A stretch of 49,664 bases of DNA, taken from positions 1-49,664 of the forward strand of contig CAZOKE010000004.1 of assembly GCA_964580495.1 (NCBI GenBank), given 5' to 3'. The position numbers and the translations under genes are program-made. This document shows, in pieces, positions 1-8,602 of the stretch; within the stretch, counting starts at the first letter, position 1, and the number at the start of each line of letters is the position of its first letter. Source of the DNA: an uncultured Candidatus Saccharibacteria bacterium. Lineage in GTDB: Bacteria > Patescibacteriota > Doudnabacteria > UBA920 > O2-02-FULL-48-8. Under the pieces are notes generated by a model. It did no database searches. It was not told where the DNA came from and saw only the letters and a list, made by a program, of their open reading frames with translations.

Positions 1-80
1 TTTCGACAGATTTTGTATGTAAACAAATGTAAACCCTTGAGCCGTTCCGTGGGCAGTTAAGAGACATGATTTCCCCTTTT

Positions 81-109
81 TTGACCTACATGTAACTAAT
101 TCGTATAAT
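81..109 (+). promoter_or_regulatory. sigma70-type promoter
   Basis: TTGACC-17 nt-TATAAT, about 30 nt upstream of the ORF at 142. Confidence 0.6.
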
Positions 110-141
110 AACGGCGTCAATTAAGCATTATATTTACAACG

Positions 142-453
142 ATGTCTTGGCTAAGTGAAATCTTTATACTTGTGGGTCTTGTATTAGTAAATGTTGCATG
201 GAACACAAGTAAAGCATGGGGAGTCGCCTTGTTCATAATGGGATGCTTTGCGCTTTTTTATGGCCTTGATGTTTTTATCGATGAGCGGACTAAAAGTCTA
301 TCGGACCGAATTAAGGACTTGGAACTAGAAATAAATACTACAGAGGAAGAAAAACATAAGCGATGGATGAAAGTTAATGATCCTGAAGGATACAGTACAA
401 TGCTTGAAATTGAGTACTCGGCAAGGCAAGCAGAACAAGATAGAAAATCATAA
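142..453 (+). CDS. hypothetical membrane protein (2 N-terminal TM segments, charged tail)
   Basis: 103-aa ORF with ATG start, hydrophobic N-half and an upstream promoter. Confidence 0.7.
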   Translation: MSWLSEIFILVGLVLVNVAWNTSKAWGVALFIMGCFALFYGLDVFIDERTKSLSDRIKDLELEINTTEEEKHKRWMKVNDPEGYSTMLEIEYSARQAEQDRKS

Positions 454-464
454 CTAGATTTTAT

Positions 465-1295
465 ATGGACGAGAAGCTCACTAAACTCAAGTCTAAAATT
501 GCGGAAATAGAACAACTTAAAACCCTCAAAGAGTGGGGGCCTGAATTTCAACTCTGGAAATCGGCGACCGAGCGCTTAGTAAATGATATCTTTGGTCCTG
601 ATTCATTAAAACTCTTTTCGCAACAGACAACTATCTCCTTTTCATATATCGACGATGGCTATAATCATCAACAGTACCTAACAGAATTAGAGAATCGGCA
701 TAAAATCCTAACTGGATTACTTGCGGATTTGCACGAACATCAACCAGTGGAGTCCGAGGGGAGTAAAGATGTCTTAAAAGAGCTTTGGAAAAAGGAACAA
801 GCATTGAAAGAAAATTTATTGCCTACTGTCGAAGCTGAGCGATTACAAGGTTCGTTGATTAAACATTTAGAAGAGACGTTGGTTCCCGATTCTATACCAT
901 TTCTAAGATTCAGGAAGTTGTTGACAGGTCGTCGTTTTCAAACATGGTGGTCAGATATGCAGGGCTACTCAACTGAAAACCCATGGAGCAAAATTGAACC
1001 TTTTCTGGAATTGCTGCAACAACATGAAGCAGAAAAAACTATTAAAAAACGCCTGGAAACGGAAAATCTCTTTGTCGAATCAAGGTCCAATGGTGAAGAC
1101 CAGCATATTTTAGTAGGTCCTAAAGACGGTAGTGGTGAAAAAGCACATATCATAATAGATGGTAAGAGTGGAGAGATTAGGGTTGAAGATAACAGATTAG
1201 AGCCAACTGATCTTGTAAGTAGGATTGTGACGATATTGACTTTACCAAACGGGAAGCAAATCAAAACAACGCGAGAATTGATAGAAGAAATATGA
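465..1295 (+). CDS. hypothetical protein (accessory, possibly defence-associated)
   Basis: 276-aa AT-rich ORF, co-oriented with the nuclease gene; no family recognised with confidence. Confidence 0.75.
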   Translation: MDEKLTKLKSKIAEIEQLKTLKEWGPEFQLWKSATERLVNDIFGPDSLKLFSQQTTISFSYIDDGYNHQQYLTELENRHKILTGLLADLHEHQPVESEGSKDVLKELWKKEQALKENLLPTVEAERLQGSLIKHLEETLVPDSIPFLRFRKLLTGRRFQTWWSDMQGYSTENPWSKIEPFLELLQQHEAEKTIKKRLETENLFVESRSNGEDQHILVGPKDGSGEKAHIIIDGKSGEIRVEDNRLEPTDLVSRIVTILTLPNGKQIKTTRELIEEI

Positions 1296-1365
1296 AGATT
1301 AAATAAATGTTAAAATGCTTTTATATCCTCATAGCACAATAAGAAAATACAACTAAGATAAGTAT

Positions 1366-2223
1366 ATGAACTATTTTGTCTTCCACGTTTCAGACCAATC
1401 TAGATATGGTATTCAAAAAACGGGTATAGAGATTTTTAACGATCTGGTTAAAAGCAAACTGGTGTGGGGTTTTGGTCAGCACACGGCGAATAGGAAGGCT
1501 ATTCAGCCAGGAGATAAGGTACTATTTTATTTAACTGGCCTTAACAATCAGGTTTTCTTAGGTGCAGCGACGTTAAAATCTGGTGCATATACTGACGAAG
1601 CCCATCAATCCGATTCTTGGTTCTTGGATAAAGATATGCTTAGGATTGATCTTGAGGATATAATCGTATTTGATGAACCAAAGCCACGGCAATCATTTAT
1701 AAGCTTGCAATGGAGGCCTGCCCAGGGAGGCTCAAGTAAAATCTCGGAACGCGATTTTATGACTGTGATGGGCGCTGTACCTGACAAAGTTCAGATAATC
1801 TCTGAAGTTGAAAGTGAAATGGCGTTTGCACTGGAAAAGTACCTTGAAGAGTTTATTGTAGATAATTGGGACAAAATAGATTTTGGAGAAAAATTAAAAT
1901 TATTTGTAGATAAAGATGGTAATACAGGTCAGCAGTATTTTACCGAGGAAGTTGGATATATAGATATTCTCGCTCAGGATAAAGATGACAATTTTGTTGT
2001 GATTGAACTCAAAAAGGGCAGGAAAAATGATGAGGTTATAGGCCAGGTTTTGAGATATATGGGTTGGGTTAGAAATAATTTATTGAAAAACAATCAGACT
2101 GTACTCGGATTAATTATAGTCGGTGATAAAGATCCAAAGCTGGAGTATGCTCTTGGTGAAATATCAGACAAGGTCCAAATCAAACTATATTCTATCAATT
2201 TTAAACTTCAAGATTATAGATAG
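1366..2223 (+). CDS. EVE-domain / NucS-like PD-(D/E)XK endonuclease fusion
   Basis: N-terminal WGFG...IQPGDKVLFY (EVE/PUA-like); C-terminal IDILAQD..VVIELK..IGQVLRYMGW (NucS/DUF91-type nuclease motifs). Confidence 0.8.
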   Translation: MNYFVFHVSDQSRYGIQKTGIEIFNDLVKSKLVWGFGQHTANRKAIQPGDKVLFYLTGLNNQVFLGAATLKSGAYTDEAHQSDSWFLDKDMLRIDLEDIIVFDEPKPRQSFISLQWRPAQGGSSKISERDFMTVMGAVPDKVQIISEVESEMAFALEKYLEEFIVDNWDKIDFGEKLKLFVDKDGNTGQQYFTEEVGYIDILAQDKDDNFVVIELKKGRKNDEVIGQVLRYMGWVRNNLLKNNQTVLGLIIVGDKDPKLEYALGEISDKVQIKLYSINFKLQDYR

Positions 2224-2299
2224 ACCATGGCAGAGACTGTGCATAACCGTTTTGACAATAAGATTTAAAAAATAGGATAATTAGACCAGAAGACATACA

Positions 2300-2328
2300 T
2301 TGACTGAAAACAAAATAAATATTACACT
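2300..2328 (+). promoter_or_regulatory. sigma70-type promoter of the candidate ncRNA
   Basis: TTGACT-17 nt-TACACT; a second TTGACA lies at about 2252. Confidence 0.55.
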
Positions 2329-2334
2329 GTTGCT

Positions 2335-3090
2335 TCGCGTTCCCGACTAGCTTTTACAATACCTCTTACTAAAGAAGAGGGTAAGATCTGTTCTTAATAA
2401 AACAAAAACCCTCATACATATAGCATGAGGGTCCGTGCCTGGAACTGAGTTAATTGCTCAGTTTTTTGTTTACCCTATATATTTCAATAAGGTATATCGA
2501 GGGATTTTCTCGAAATTCCTCGACCGATACAAGCTGCCCATTTAAGGGATTCCTGTACCTTCGATATGTTGGTTGTTCCATTGGAACTTCCCATACCTAC
2601 TAAATAAATTTTTGGCGGGTAGGTTTACCGTCCCACTCAACGACGGATTTACTACCTTAAATTTATCGGTATCAAAAAAACTTGTACCAGAAGGCGGGCG
2701 TAAGGGCAGTAAACCCTTTTGGGGAATACGCCTTGCGGCGCATGGTCTTTTGGAAAAAACCTTACGCCAACCTTCAGACACAAGTTTAGTGTCGGGTGTA
2801 CTGCTGATAATGGCGACCAAACCATGTTTGTGAAGCTACACAGTGTTAACTGTTAAGAAAATTTTAACAGCTGAGCATTATAATGTCAATTCGAGGTGGC
2901 TGACGCCGTTTAAACACTCTCATGTGTTATAGCTATAGGCGATAGTGCTGTCTTTGTTTATGTTTCAATAGATTTTATCATTCCGTAACTTTGCATAATC
3001 CAATCCTCGATCTGGTTTAAAGAATTTCGCAGGGTGTCCACCAAAATAGGAAATTTGATTTAAAATTTAACCGGCTGCAGGCCGGTTTTT
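2335..3090 (+). ncRNA. candidate large structured ncRNA (~750 nt)
   Basis: No credible ORF; at least 12 nested helices and two possible pseudoknots; promoter upstream and intrinsic terminator downstream. Confidence 0.6.
3069..3090 (+). terminator. intrinsic terminator
   Basis: AACCGGC-tgcag-GCCGGTT followed by a T tract. Confidence 0.7.
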
Positions 3091-3091
3091 A

Positions 3092-3123
3092 TACTCAGTA
3101 CTTAGTACTCAGAACACAGTACT
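3092..3123. repeat. heptamer tandem repeat (tactcag/tacttag)
   Basis: tactcag tacttag tactcag aacacag tact. Confidence 0.75.
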
Positions 3124-3124
3124 T

Positions 3125-4903
3125 TTATCTCCGTTTCGTATCAATGTACCAGTGGCTCACATCTAAGAAGCGCTCCTGCGGATATATTATGGTATCGAGA
3201 TCAAACCCATGCTCTTTTTTAGGCAAGCTATACAAGTAAATCGCGCTGTCCAGGAAAATCGCCGGAATTTCTTGGGTAATTATAGCTTGGAATTGCTGGT
3301 AATCCTTGCTTCGGACATTTGTGTCATTGGTCCGGCGCGCTTCGGTGAGTAATTTGTCCACGGTAGGATTGGAAAAACCCGAAAGGTTGAGTCCTGGGTC
3401 ATGGGCTTGCGACGAATGCCAGAAAGGGAAAGGATCTGGATCAGCCCCGGTGTTTTCCGAAAACACTAAAGCGTCAAAATTCCGCGGCCGAATATATTGA
3501 TTGTCCAAATCCTGGGCAGAAACTACTACCAAATGGACTGTGGCCCCGACCTTGGCCCACTGGCCTTGGATGATTTGGGCGGTTTTGACGTTCAGGGGCA
3601 TGGCGTTTGTCGCTAAATTGAATTCCAAATTTTGCCGAACTTGGTTTTTGCCCTGTTTGAGCATCCTGTATCGCTGGTTGCTTGCGGGATCAAGCTGCCA
3701 GCCGGCTTTGTCGAGAATACTGCCGGCTTCATCCAAATTGAAATGTGTTGCTTGCTCCAGGGACGGATCGTAACCCAGGTTTCCTTTTATGATCGGCCCG
3801 TAATCAGGTTCTGCTAACCCCAAAAACACATCGTTTATGATCGGCTGCCGGTCAGTGGCTAGCCATAAAGCTTGGCGCACGGCTTTTTGGGACAGAATTG
3901 GATTTTTTGGGAGGTTAAAAAATACGGCTTGGTATTGGGGCAGGCTGATCCGGTACTGATTTTGCCTGTCTGAATTTTCCAAAAACATTTTTTTGTCAAA
4001 CGGGAGGAAACCCAAGCTTTGAATATCTTTGGATTGGTAAGCCTGGATTAGGGCATCCGTGTCCGGGTAGAATTTGAAAGTGAAATAAGTAATAAAGGGC
4101 GAGCTGCTGTAGTATTGGTTATTGGCTTTGAGGGTAATCGATTTGATGGTGCCGTCTGGAGTTTTCCTAATTTCTCGGATCATATACGGCCCGGAACCGA
4201 TTGGGCTCAGGTTTAAGTCCGAAAGCCGGAAATTACTAGCACTAAGATTGCTCCAAATGTGTTGGGGTAGGATGGCGAGCGTGAAGTTGGTGATAAACGA
4301 GGCGGAAACCTCATGCAGAGTGACCCGTACCGTCAGGTCATCGACTTTCTCCACTTTCACGCGATTCCAGTTGGAGATCAAAGGCGAGTCGAAATTTGGA
4401 TTTTGGATCGTTTGGATGGTGTAGGTGATGTCGTCGCTGGTAATTGGTTTGCCGTCCTGCCATTTGAGGCCTGGGCGCAGCTGGATGGTGTAAGTTTTTT
4501 GGTCAGCTGAAATTGCCGGCAGGCCCTGCGCTAAATCCGGGGCCAAATTCATATTTTTATCGAATTTGAGCAGTTGGCCATAGATTAGTTTCGTCAGGTC
4601 CAGGTCCACTGGGGAAGATGGAGCCAGAACAGGGTTTATAAATCTCGGCTGCCCGACCAAGCCTTCGACATGCTCGCCGCCATAATCGGGGATGTTCGAT
4701 TCACCCGAAAAGAAATACGCGTGTACTAAAAAACCGCCGGCGAGGAGAAAGGCTGCGGCCGTGGCGGTGAAAACTGCAAAATCTTTTTTTGTGATGCTTT
4801 CAAGAATTTGCGGCAGGTGGCGCGATCGAACGCGCGGTAACATCCGCAAGCCCTGCCATGCCCGCTGTAAAAAATTTTTTACTTGATTAAACCAGTTTGG
4901 CAT
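3125..4903 (-). CDS. ABC transporter peptide/nickel substrate-binding protein (OppA/DppA, family 5)
   Basis: PDLA..LRPGLKWQDGKPITSDD and PIGSGPY motifs with an N-terminal TM anchor; ATG at 4903 preferred over the ORF-track start. Confidence 0.9.
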   Translation of the reverse strand: MPNWFNQVKNFLQRAWQGLRMLPRVRSRHLPQILESITKKDFAVFTATAAAFLLAGGFLVHAYFFSGESNIPDYGGEHVEGLVGQPRFINPVLAPSSPVDLDLTKLIYGQLLKFDKNMNLAPDLAQGLPAISADQKTYTIQLRPGLKWQDGKPITSDDITYTIQTIQNPNFDSPLISNWNRVKVEKVDDLTVRVTLHEVSASFITNFTLAILPQHIWSNLSASNFRLSDLNLSPIGSGPYMIREIRKTPDGTIKSITLKANNQYYSSSPFITYFTFKFYPDTDALIQAYQSKDIQSLGFLPFDKKMFLENSDRQNQYRISLPQYQAVFFNLPKNPILSQKAVRQALWLATDRQPIINDVFLGLAEPDYGPIIKGNLGYDPSLEQATHFNLDEAGSILDKAGWQLDPASNQRYRMLKQGKNQVRQNLEFNLATNAMPLNVKTAQIIQGQWAKVGATVHLVVVSAQDLDNQYIRPRNFDALVFSENTGADPDPFPFWHSSQAHDPGLNLSGFSNPTVDKLLTEARRTNDTNVRSKDYQQFQAIITQEIPAIFLDSAIYLYSLPKKEHGFDLDTIIYPQERFLDVSHWYIDTKRR

Positions 4904-4916
4904 GATTTGGGGCAAA

Positions 4917-5144
4917 CTATTTGAGGAACAAGACGAGCACTGAGAGTCCGACAAAGATCACAGCCAAAGCGACAGTGAAATAATGGAGTCCTCGGGCCAG
5001 GCCACGCTTGGCGCGGAATACGGAACCCTCACCGCCAAAAACCGTGGACAGGCCGCCTTCGCGCTGCTGCATCAAAACCGAAGCGACGAGGAGCACATCA
5101 ACAATGATGAGGACGAAAGTCAGCAAACTCTGCGATATTTTCAT
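4917..5144 (-). CDS. secG: preprotein translocase subunit SecG
   Basis: 75 aa, two TM segments, VLMQQREGGLSTVFGG motif. Confidence 0.9.
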   Translation of the reverse strand: MKISQSLLTFVLIIVDVLLVASVLMQQREGGLSTVFGGEGSVFRAKRGLARGLHYFTVALAVIFVGLSVLVLFLK

Positions 5145-5207
5145 AATTTGAAAAAATAAATTTAGCTACATTATTTTGCCAGAAAAATTGATTAAAGTCA
5201 ATCTTGG

Positions 5208-5425
5208 TACGGATCCTGTCACAATTCACCCCAAGCACATGCTCACTTACGCTGCGCGCGAGCTTGAATCCATTTGACGGGTCCTGCCGTCGCTCTTCCC
5301 AAAGGTGCTCGACTGTCGTCTGCGCGCCTGTGGGATCCCTTCGCGACGGCACCCGTCTCGTTGATTTCATTGATTGGGAGAAAATGGGTTGCTCGCTAGC
5401 GGGGTACCCGACTCACGCCACCCGT
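5208..5425. repeat. cluster of GC-rich palindromic (REP-like) elements
   Basis: gacgggtcctg...cacccgtc hairpin at 5276-5357 plus a homologous unit at 5208-5278; same family as 40890-40977. Confidence 0.65.
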
Positions 5426-5426
5426 C

Positions 5427-7229
5427 CTAAAGGCTCGCTTTTATTTTTTCTGCGAGCTTGTGCCCCACTGCATTGGAAAGTTCGGTCAGGCTTGCTGACT
5501 TGAGGGAGGAGGGGGAGCCAAACTGCTGCAGTAAAATTTTCTTTTTGGCCGGGCCAATGCCGGGGATTTGGTCGAGTATAGATTTGATCGAAGACTTGGA
5601 TCGTAATTTCCGGTGGTAAGTGACCGCGAATCGGTGCGCTTCGTCGCGGATACGTTGCAGCAGGAACAAGGATATGGAATTTTTTTGCAGGAGTATGGGA
5701 GTAGAACTTCCGGGAACGAAAATTTCTTCCAGCCTTTTGGCCAGGCCGATAATTGGGATTTGCAGATTGTATTGTTTGAGCACTGAAAGCGCTGCATTGA
5801 GTTGTCCTTTGCCGCCATCGATGATAATCAGGTCGGGAAGGGGCCAGGAAGTAGTTTGTAGGTTGTCGTTTGTAGGTTGTAGTGAGTGTTTGAAACGTCT
5901 CTCCAGCATTTCGCGCATCATGGCAAAGTCATCGGGGGTGGATTTTTTATTGATTTTAAATTTGCGGTAAGCGTCTTTTTTTGGTTTGGCAAAATCAAAT
6001 ACCACCATGGAGCCCACGGCATTGGTGCCTTGAATGTTGGAAATGTCAAAACATTCCATCCGAGCCGGAAGCTTTTCCATCCCCAGGACCCGCTGCAGCT
6101 CTTTGAGGGATGACAAAAGCCGGGCTTCTTCCAGTAAATGTTTGTCGCCCTGGGCTTCCAAATATTGCTTGGCATTTTCTTCCGCCAACTTGAGAAGTTT
6201 TACTTTTTCGCCTTTGGCCGGCACCACGATTTTTGATTTGAATCCGCGTTCAGTCAGTATTCTCCCGACTTCTTCGGTGTTGATAATGAATGGAACCAGA
6301 ATTTCTTTCGGGATGTTGGCCGCATCCAGATAATATCTGGTTAAAAAACTTTCTAAAATTTGCTCTGGCGAGGCTTGTTTGGTGTTTTCCAACATGAAAT
6401 TTTCTTTTTGGATAAGTTTGCCCTCTCGGATTAGGAATAAGTTGATGGAAGCCACAGCTTCGATGCGCAGGCCGATTACGTCTTGGTTGACTTTGGCCGG
6501 ATAAACCAGTTTTTGGCGTTCCATGACACGGTTGAGCGAATAAATTTGGTCGCGGACGCGGGCGGCTTTTTCAAATTGCTTGTGAACAGCCAGCAGCTTC
6601 ATCTGCCCTTGCAGCTCTTTTAGGATTACCGATTGCTTGCCTTCAAGGAATTGCATGATTTTGCTGATGTAATTTTCACGGTAGTCCTGAAGACTGATTT
6701 TGCCGATGCAGACTCCCGGGCATTTGCCAATGTGGTAATAAAAACACGGTTTGGTCCCGACTTTGGAATTGGCGCAATAGGGAAACACGCGTCGGACCAA
6801 GCGCAAAGTGTCTTTCAGCGCCAAGCCCGAGGTGTACGGGCCGAAATATTTAGCCGATTTGTCCGTGCGCTGGCGTTCATATTCGATGGTCGGAATTTCC
6901 TGCTTAAGATTTATTTTAAGAAAAATATAATTTTTGTCGTCGCGCAGCCGTACATTATATTTTGGCTTGAGCTGCTTGATGAAATTGTTTTCCAGCACCA
7001 AAGCTTCGAGCTCATTGTTTACGACCGTATAGTCTACATCTGCGATTTGGGAAATCATGAGTTCGATCCGGCGGTCGTAACCGGCATCTTTGCGGAAATA
7101 CGAACTGACGCGATTCTTGAGTTTGTTGGCTTTGCCGACATACAACAAAAGCCCTCGGTCGTCTTTGAACATATAGACGCCGGGTTTCTGCGGGAGCTCG
7201 CTAATTTTTTGTGCTAGCGCTTTTTGCAT
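5427..7229 (-). CDS. uvrC: excinuclease ABC subunit C
   Basis: GIY-YIG N-terminus (PGVYMF..LYVGKA), ECFDISN, PDLIIIDGGKGQL, HhH IPGIGP; likely start ATG 7229. Confidence 0.97.
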   Translation of the reverse strand: MQKALAQKISELPQKPGVYMFKDDRGLLLYVGKANKLKNRVSSYFRKDAGYDRRIELMISQIADVDYTVVNNELEALVLENNFIKQLKPKYNVRLRDDKNYIFLKINLKQEIPTIEYERQRTDKSAKYFGPYTSGLALKDTLRLVRRVFPYCANSKVGTKPCFYYHIGKCPGVCIGKISLQDYRENYISKIMQFLEGKQSVILKELQGQMKLLAVHKQFEKAARVRDQIYSLNRVMERQKLVYPAKVNQDVIGLRIEAVASINLFLIREGKLIQKENFMLENTKQASPEQILESFLTRYYLDAANIPKEILVPFIINTEEVGRILTERGFKSKIVVPAKGEKVKLLKLAEENAKQYLEAQGDKHLLEEARLLSSLKELQRVLGMEKLPARMECFDISNIQGTNAVGSMVVFDFAKPKKDAYRKFKINKKSTPDDFAMMREMLERRFKHSLQPTNDNLQTTSWPLPDLIIIDGGKGQLNAALSVLKQYNLQIPIIGLAKRLEEIFVPGSSTPILLQKNSISLFLLQRIRDEAHRFAVTYHRKLRSKSSIKSILDQIPGIGPAKKKILLQQFGSPSSLKSASLTELSNAVGHKLAEKIKASL

Positions 7230-7275
7230 GCAAGTATTATACTTTTTCCAAGACCTGGCGTCTAAGGAGGCAAGT

Positions 7276-7401
7276 ATGAAGACTGTTTGGAACTTTATTG
7301 ACACCACGGTTTGGATCGCATTCTGCATTCTGCCCACCATGGTCGGTTGCATCGTTTCGCAACGCTGCCGCGACAGTCTGCAGATGTCCCTTGATGGTTA
7401 G
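7276..7401 (+). CDS. small hydrophobic peptide (41 aa)
   Basis: AAGGAGG SD, then MKTVWNFIDTTVWIAFCILPTMVGCIVSQRCRDSLQMSLDG*, followed by a terminator. Confidence 0.5.
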   Translation: MKTVWNFIDTTVWIAFCILPTMVGCIVSQRCRDSLQMSLDG

Positions 7402-7408
7402 TCTTAGA

Positions 7409-7468
7409 ACCCGCCCGCTCTGGCGCATTCCTAACGGACCTTGCCGGGGCGGGTTTTTTGTTTATAAT
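7409..7468 (+). terminator. terminator overlapping a promoter
   Basis: AACCCGCCC...GGGCGGGTTTTTT; contains TTGCCG-16-TATAAT. Confidence 0.6.
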
Positions 7469-7538
7469 GCTTGCACCTGCAATAGCGCAGGCAATACCGG
7501 ATGGCCGGAATGGCCTCAAAGAACCGGAGGGTTCAGGT

Positions 7539-7910
7539 ATGACCGAGCAGAGACGACGGAGGATGCTGAAAGAGTTTCCATGGTTATAGGGAGTTCACCC
7601 TTGTTGGTCCGAGCGAGACGAAGTCAAAGTAGTCGCAGCCGAGACGTTTGATTTTTGGGACAAGCAGGCTTCGACGCTTGAAGGATGGGGTCGACTTTGG
7701 GTTCATTTCACTTCCGAACATCCTTATCTGATTGAAGTCGTCAGAGAAATTCATCTAGACAGAGGGAGGACAGTAAACCAAGAAATTACTTTCATGATGC
7801 CAGCCACCAGATTCCGTGTATTAGATCTTGTGGTGGTACGTGGCAATCTGGTCTACGTTATTCCGTCCCGTTCCAGAGGTTTGTTAGACCGTTTGTTAAG
7901 TAAAAAGTGA
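7539..7910 (+). pseudogene. hypothetical gene with a single in-frame TAG
   Basis: GGAGG SD and ATG at 7539; 124-codon frame broken only by TAG at 7587-7589 (FPWL*G); ends at TGA followed by a terminator. Confidence 0.6.
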
Positions 7911-7916
7911 GATTTG

Positions 7917-7964
7917 CCCTTGGCAGGACCCAGTCTTGCCAAGGGGATTTTTTTGTTGTAAGCT
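7917..7964 (+). terminator. terminator/promoter module, copy A
   Basis: CCCTTGGCA...TGCCAAGGG plus T tract; contains TTGCCA-17-TAAGCT. Confidence 0.65.
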
Positions 7965-7987
7965 GATCTATCCTTCAAGGAGGACTT

Positions 7988-8596
7988 ATGAATTGGACTA
8001 AGGTCAGGGATGAAGTAGAGGAACGCAAAAGGATCTTGGTTGTGGCGGGCACGATCGACAATGAGCAGAATGTTCGGCTGAAGAAAGGAATTCTAAGACA
8101 TAATCTCATTTCGGAGACTGAGCCGATCAAAGTTTTAATTGATTCAAGCGGAGGGGATCTCGTCGCCGCTCTCGAAACTTACGACATGTTCAATATGTCG
8201 AAAGCTCCCATCACAGGTGTTGTTGCTGGTGATTGCATGTCGGCGGCGACGGTCATTTTACAGGCTTGCAATCGCCGTGTTTCGCTTCGCCACAGCAGTT
8301 TCCTGGTCCATTACCCGACACTTCGTCTGAATCTCTGCTTCGAGGATGGTTGGGAAAAAACACTCGAGTTGTACCTGGAGAGTGGCAAGAAAATGCGGGA
8401 ACGAATCGAGCGCATTTATCTGACCAGGACGAAGATGCCTCCATCTGAGATCTCTGAAGCGCTACTTCGGGGCAATAAACATTATGAAGTAATTGATGCG
8501 GACAGAGCGCTCTCACTCGGAATTGTCGACGACATAGTTGACAAGTACGATTTGTTCGGTGCGGAAAAAGCTCAAGATGAGCCCAAACAAAGTTAG
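7988..8596 (+). CDS. ClpP-family serine protease (divergent)
   Basis: IDSSGGD, CMSAA (catalytic Ser), LVHYP (His), ALSLGIVDDI; SD AAGGAGG. Confidence 0.85.
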   Translation: MNWTKVRDEVEERKRILVVAGTIDNEQNVRLKKGILRHNLISETEPIKVLIDSSGGDLVAALETYDMFNMSKAPITGVVAGDCMSAATVILQACNRRVSLRHSSFLVHYPTLRLNLCFEDGWEKTLELYLESGKKMRERIERIYLTRTKMPPSEISEALLRGNKHYEVIDADRALSLGIVDDIVDKYDLFGAEKAQDEPKQS

Positions 8597-8602
8597 AATG
8601 AA

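Noticed and set aside
2237-2247. DnaA-box-like TGTGCATAA
   Set aside because: Single box with no cluster or DUE and no dnaA/dnaN nearby, so not an origin
2542-2833. Overlapping ORFs 2542-2820 (-) and 2573-2833 (+)
   Set aside because: Short, no SD, no recognisable motifs, and they lie in a hairpin-dense region better explained as RNA
3031-3043. TCCACCA resembling a tRNA/tmRNA 3' end or att site
   Set aside because: No preceding T-arm (GTTCRA) and no matching 5' acceptor strand
5204-5503. ORFs 5098-5370 (-), 5204-5503 (+) and 40882-41079 (+)
   Set aside because: Translations of GC-rich palindromic repeats, not credible proteins
7587-7589. Genome-wide stop-codon reassignment
   Set aside because: TAG and TGA both terminate clear genes in this window, and long genes have no internal stops
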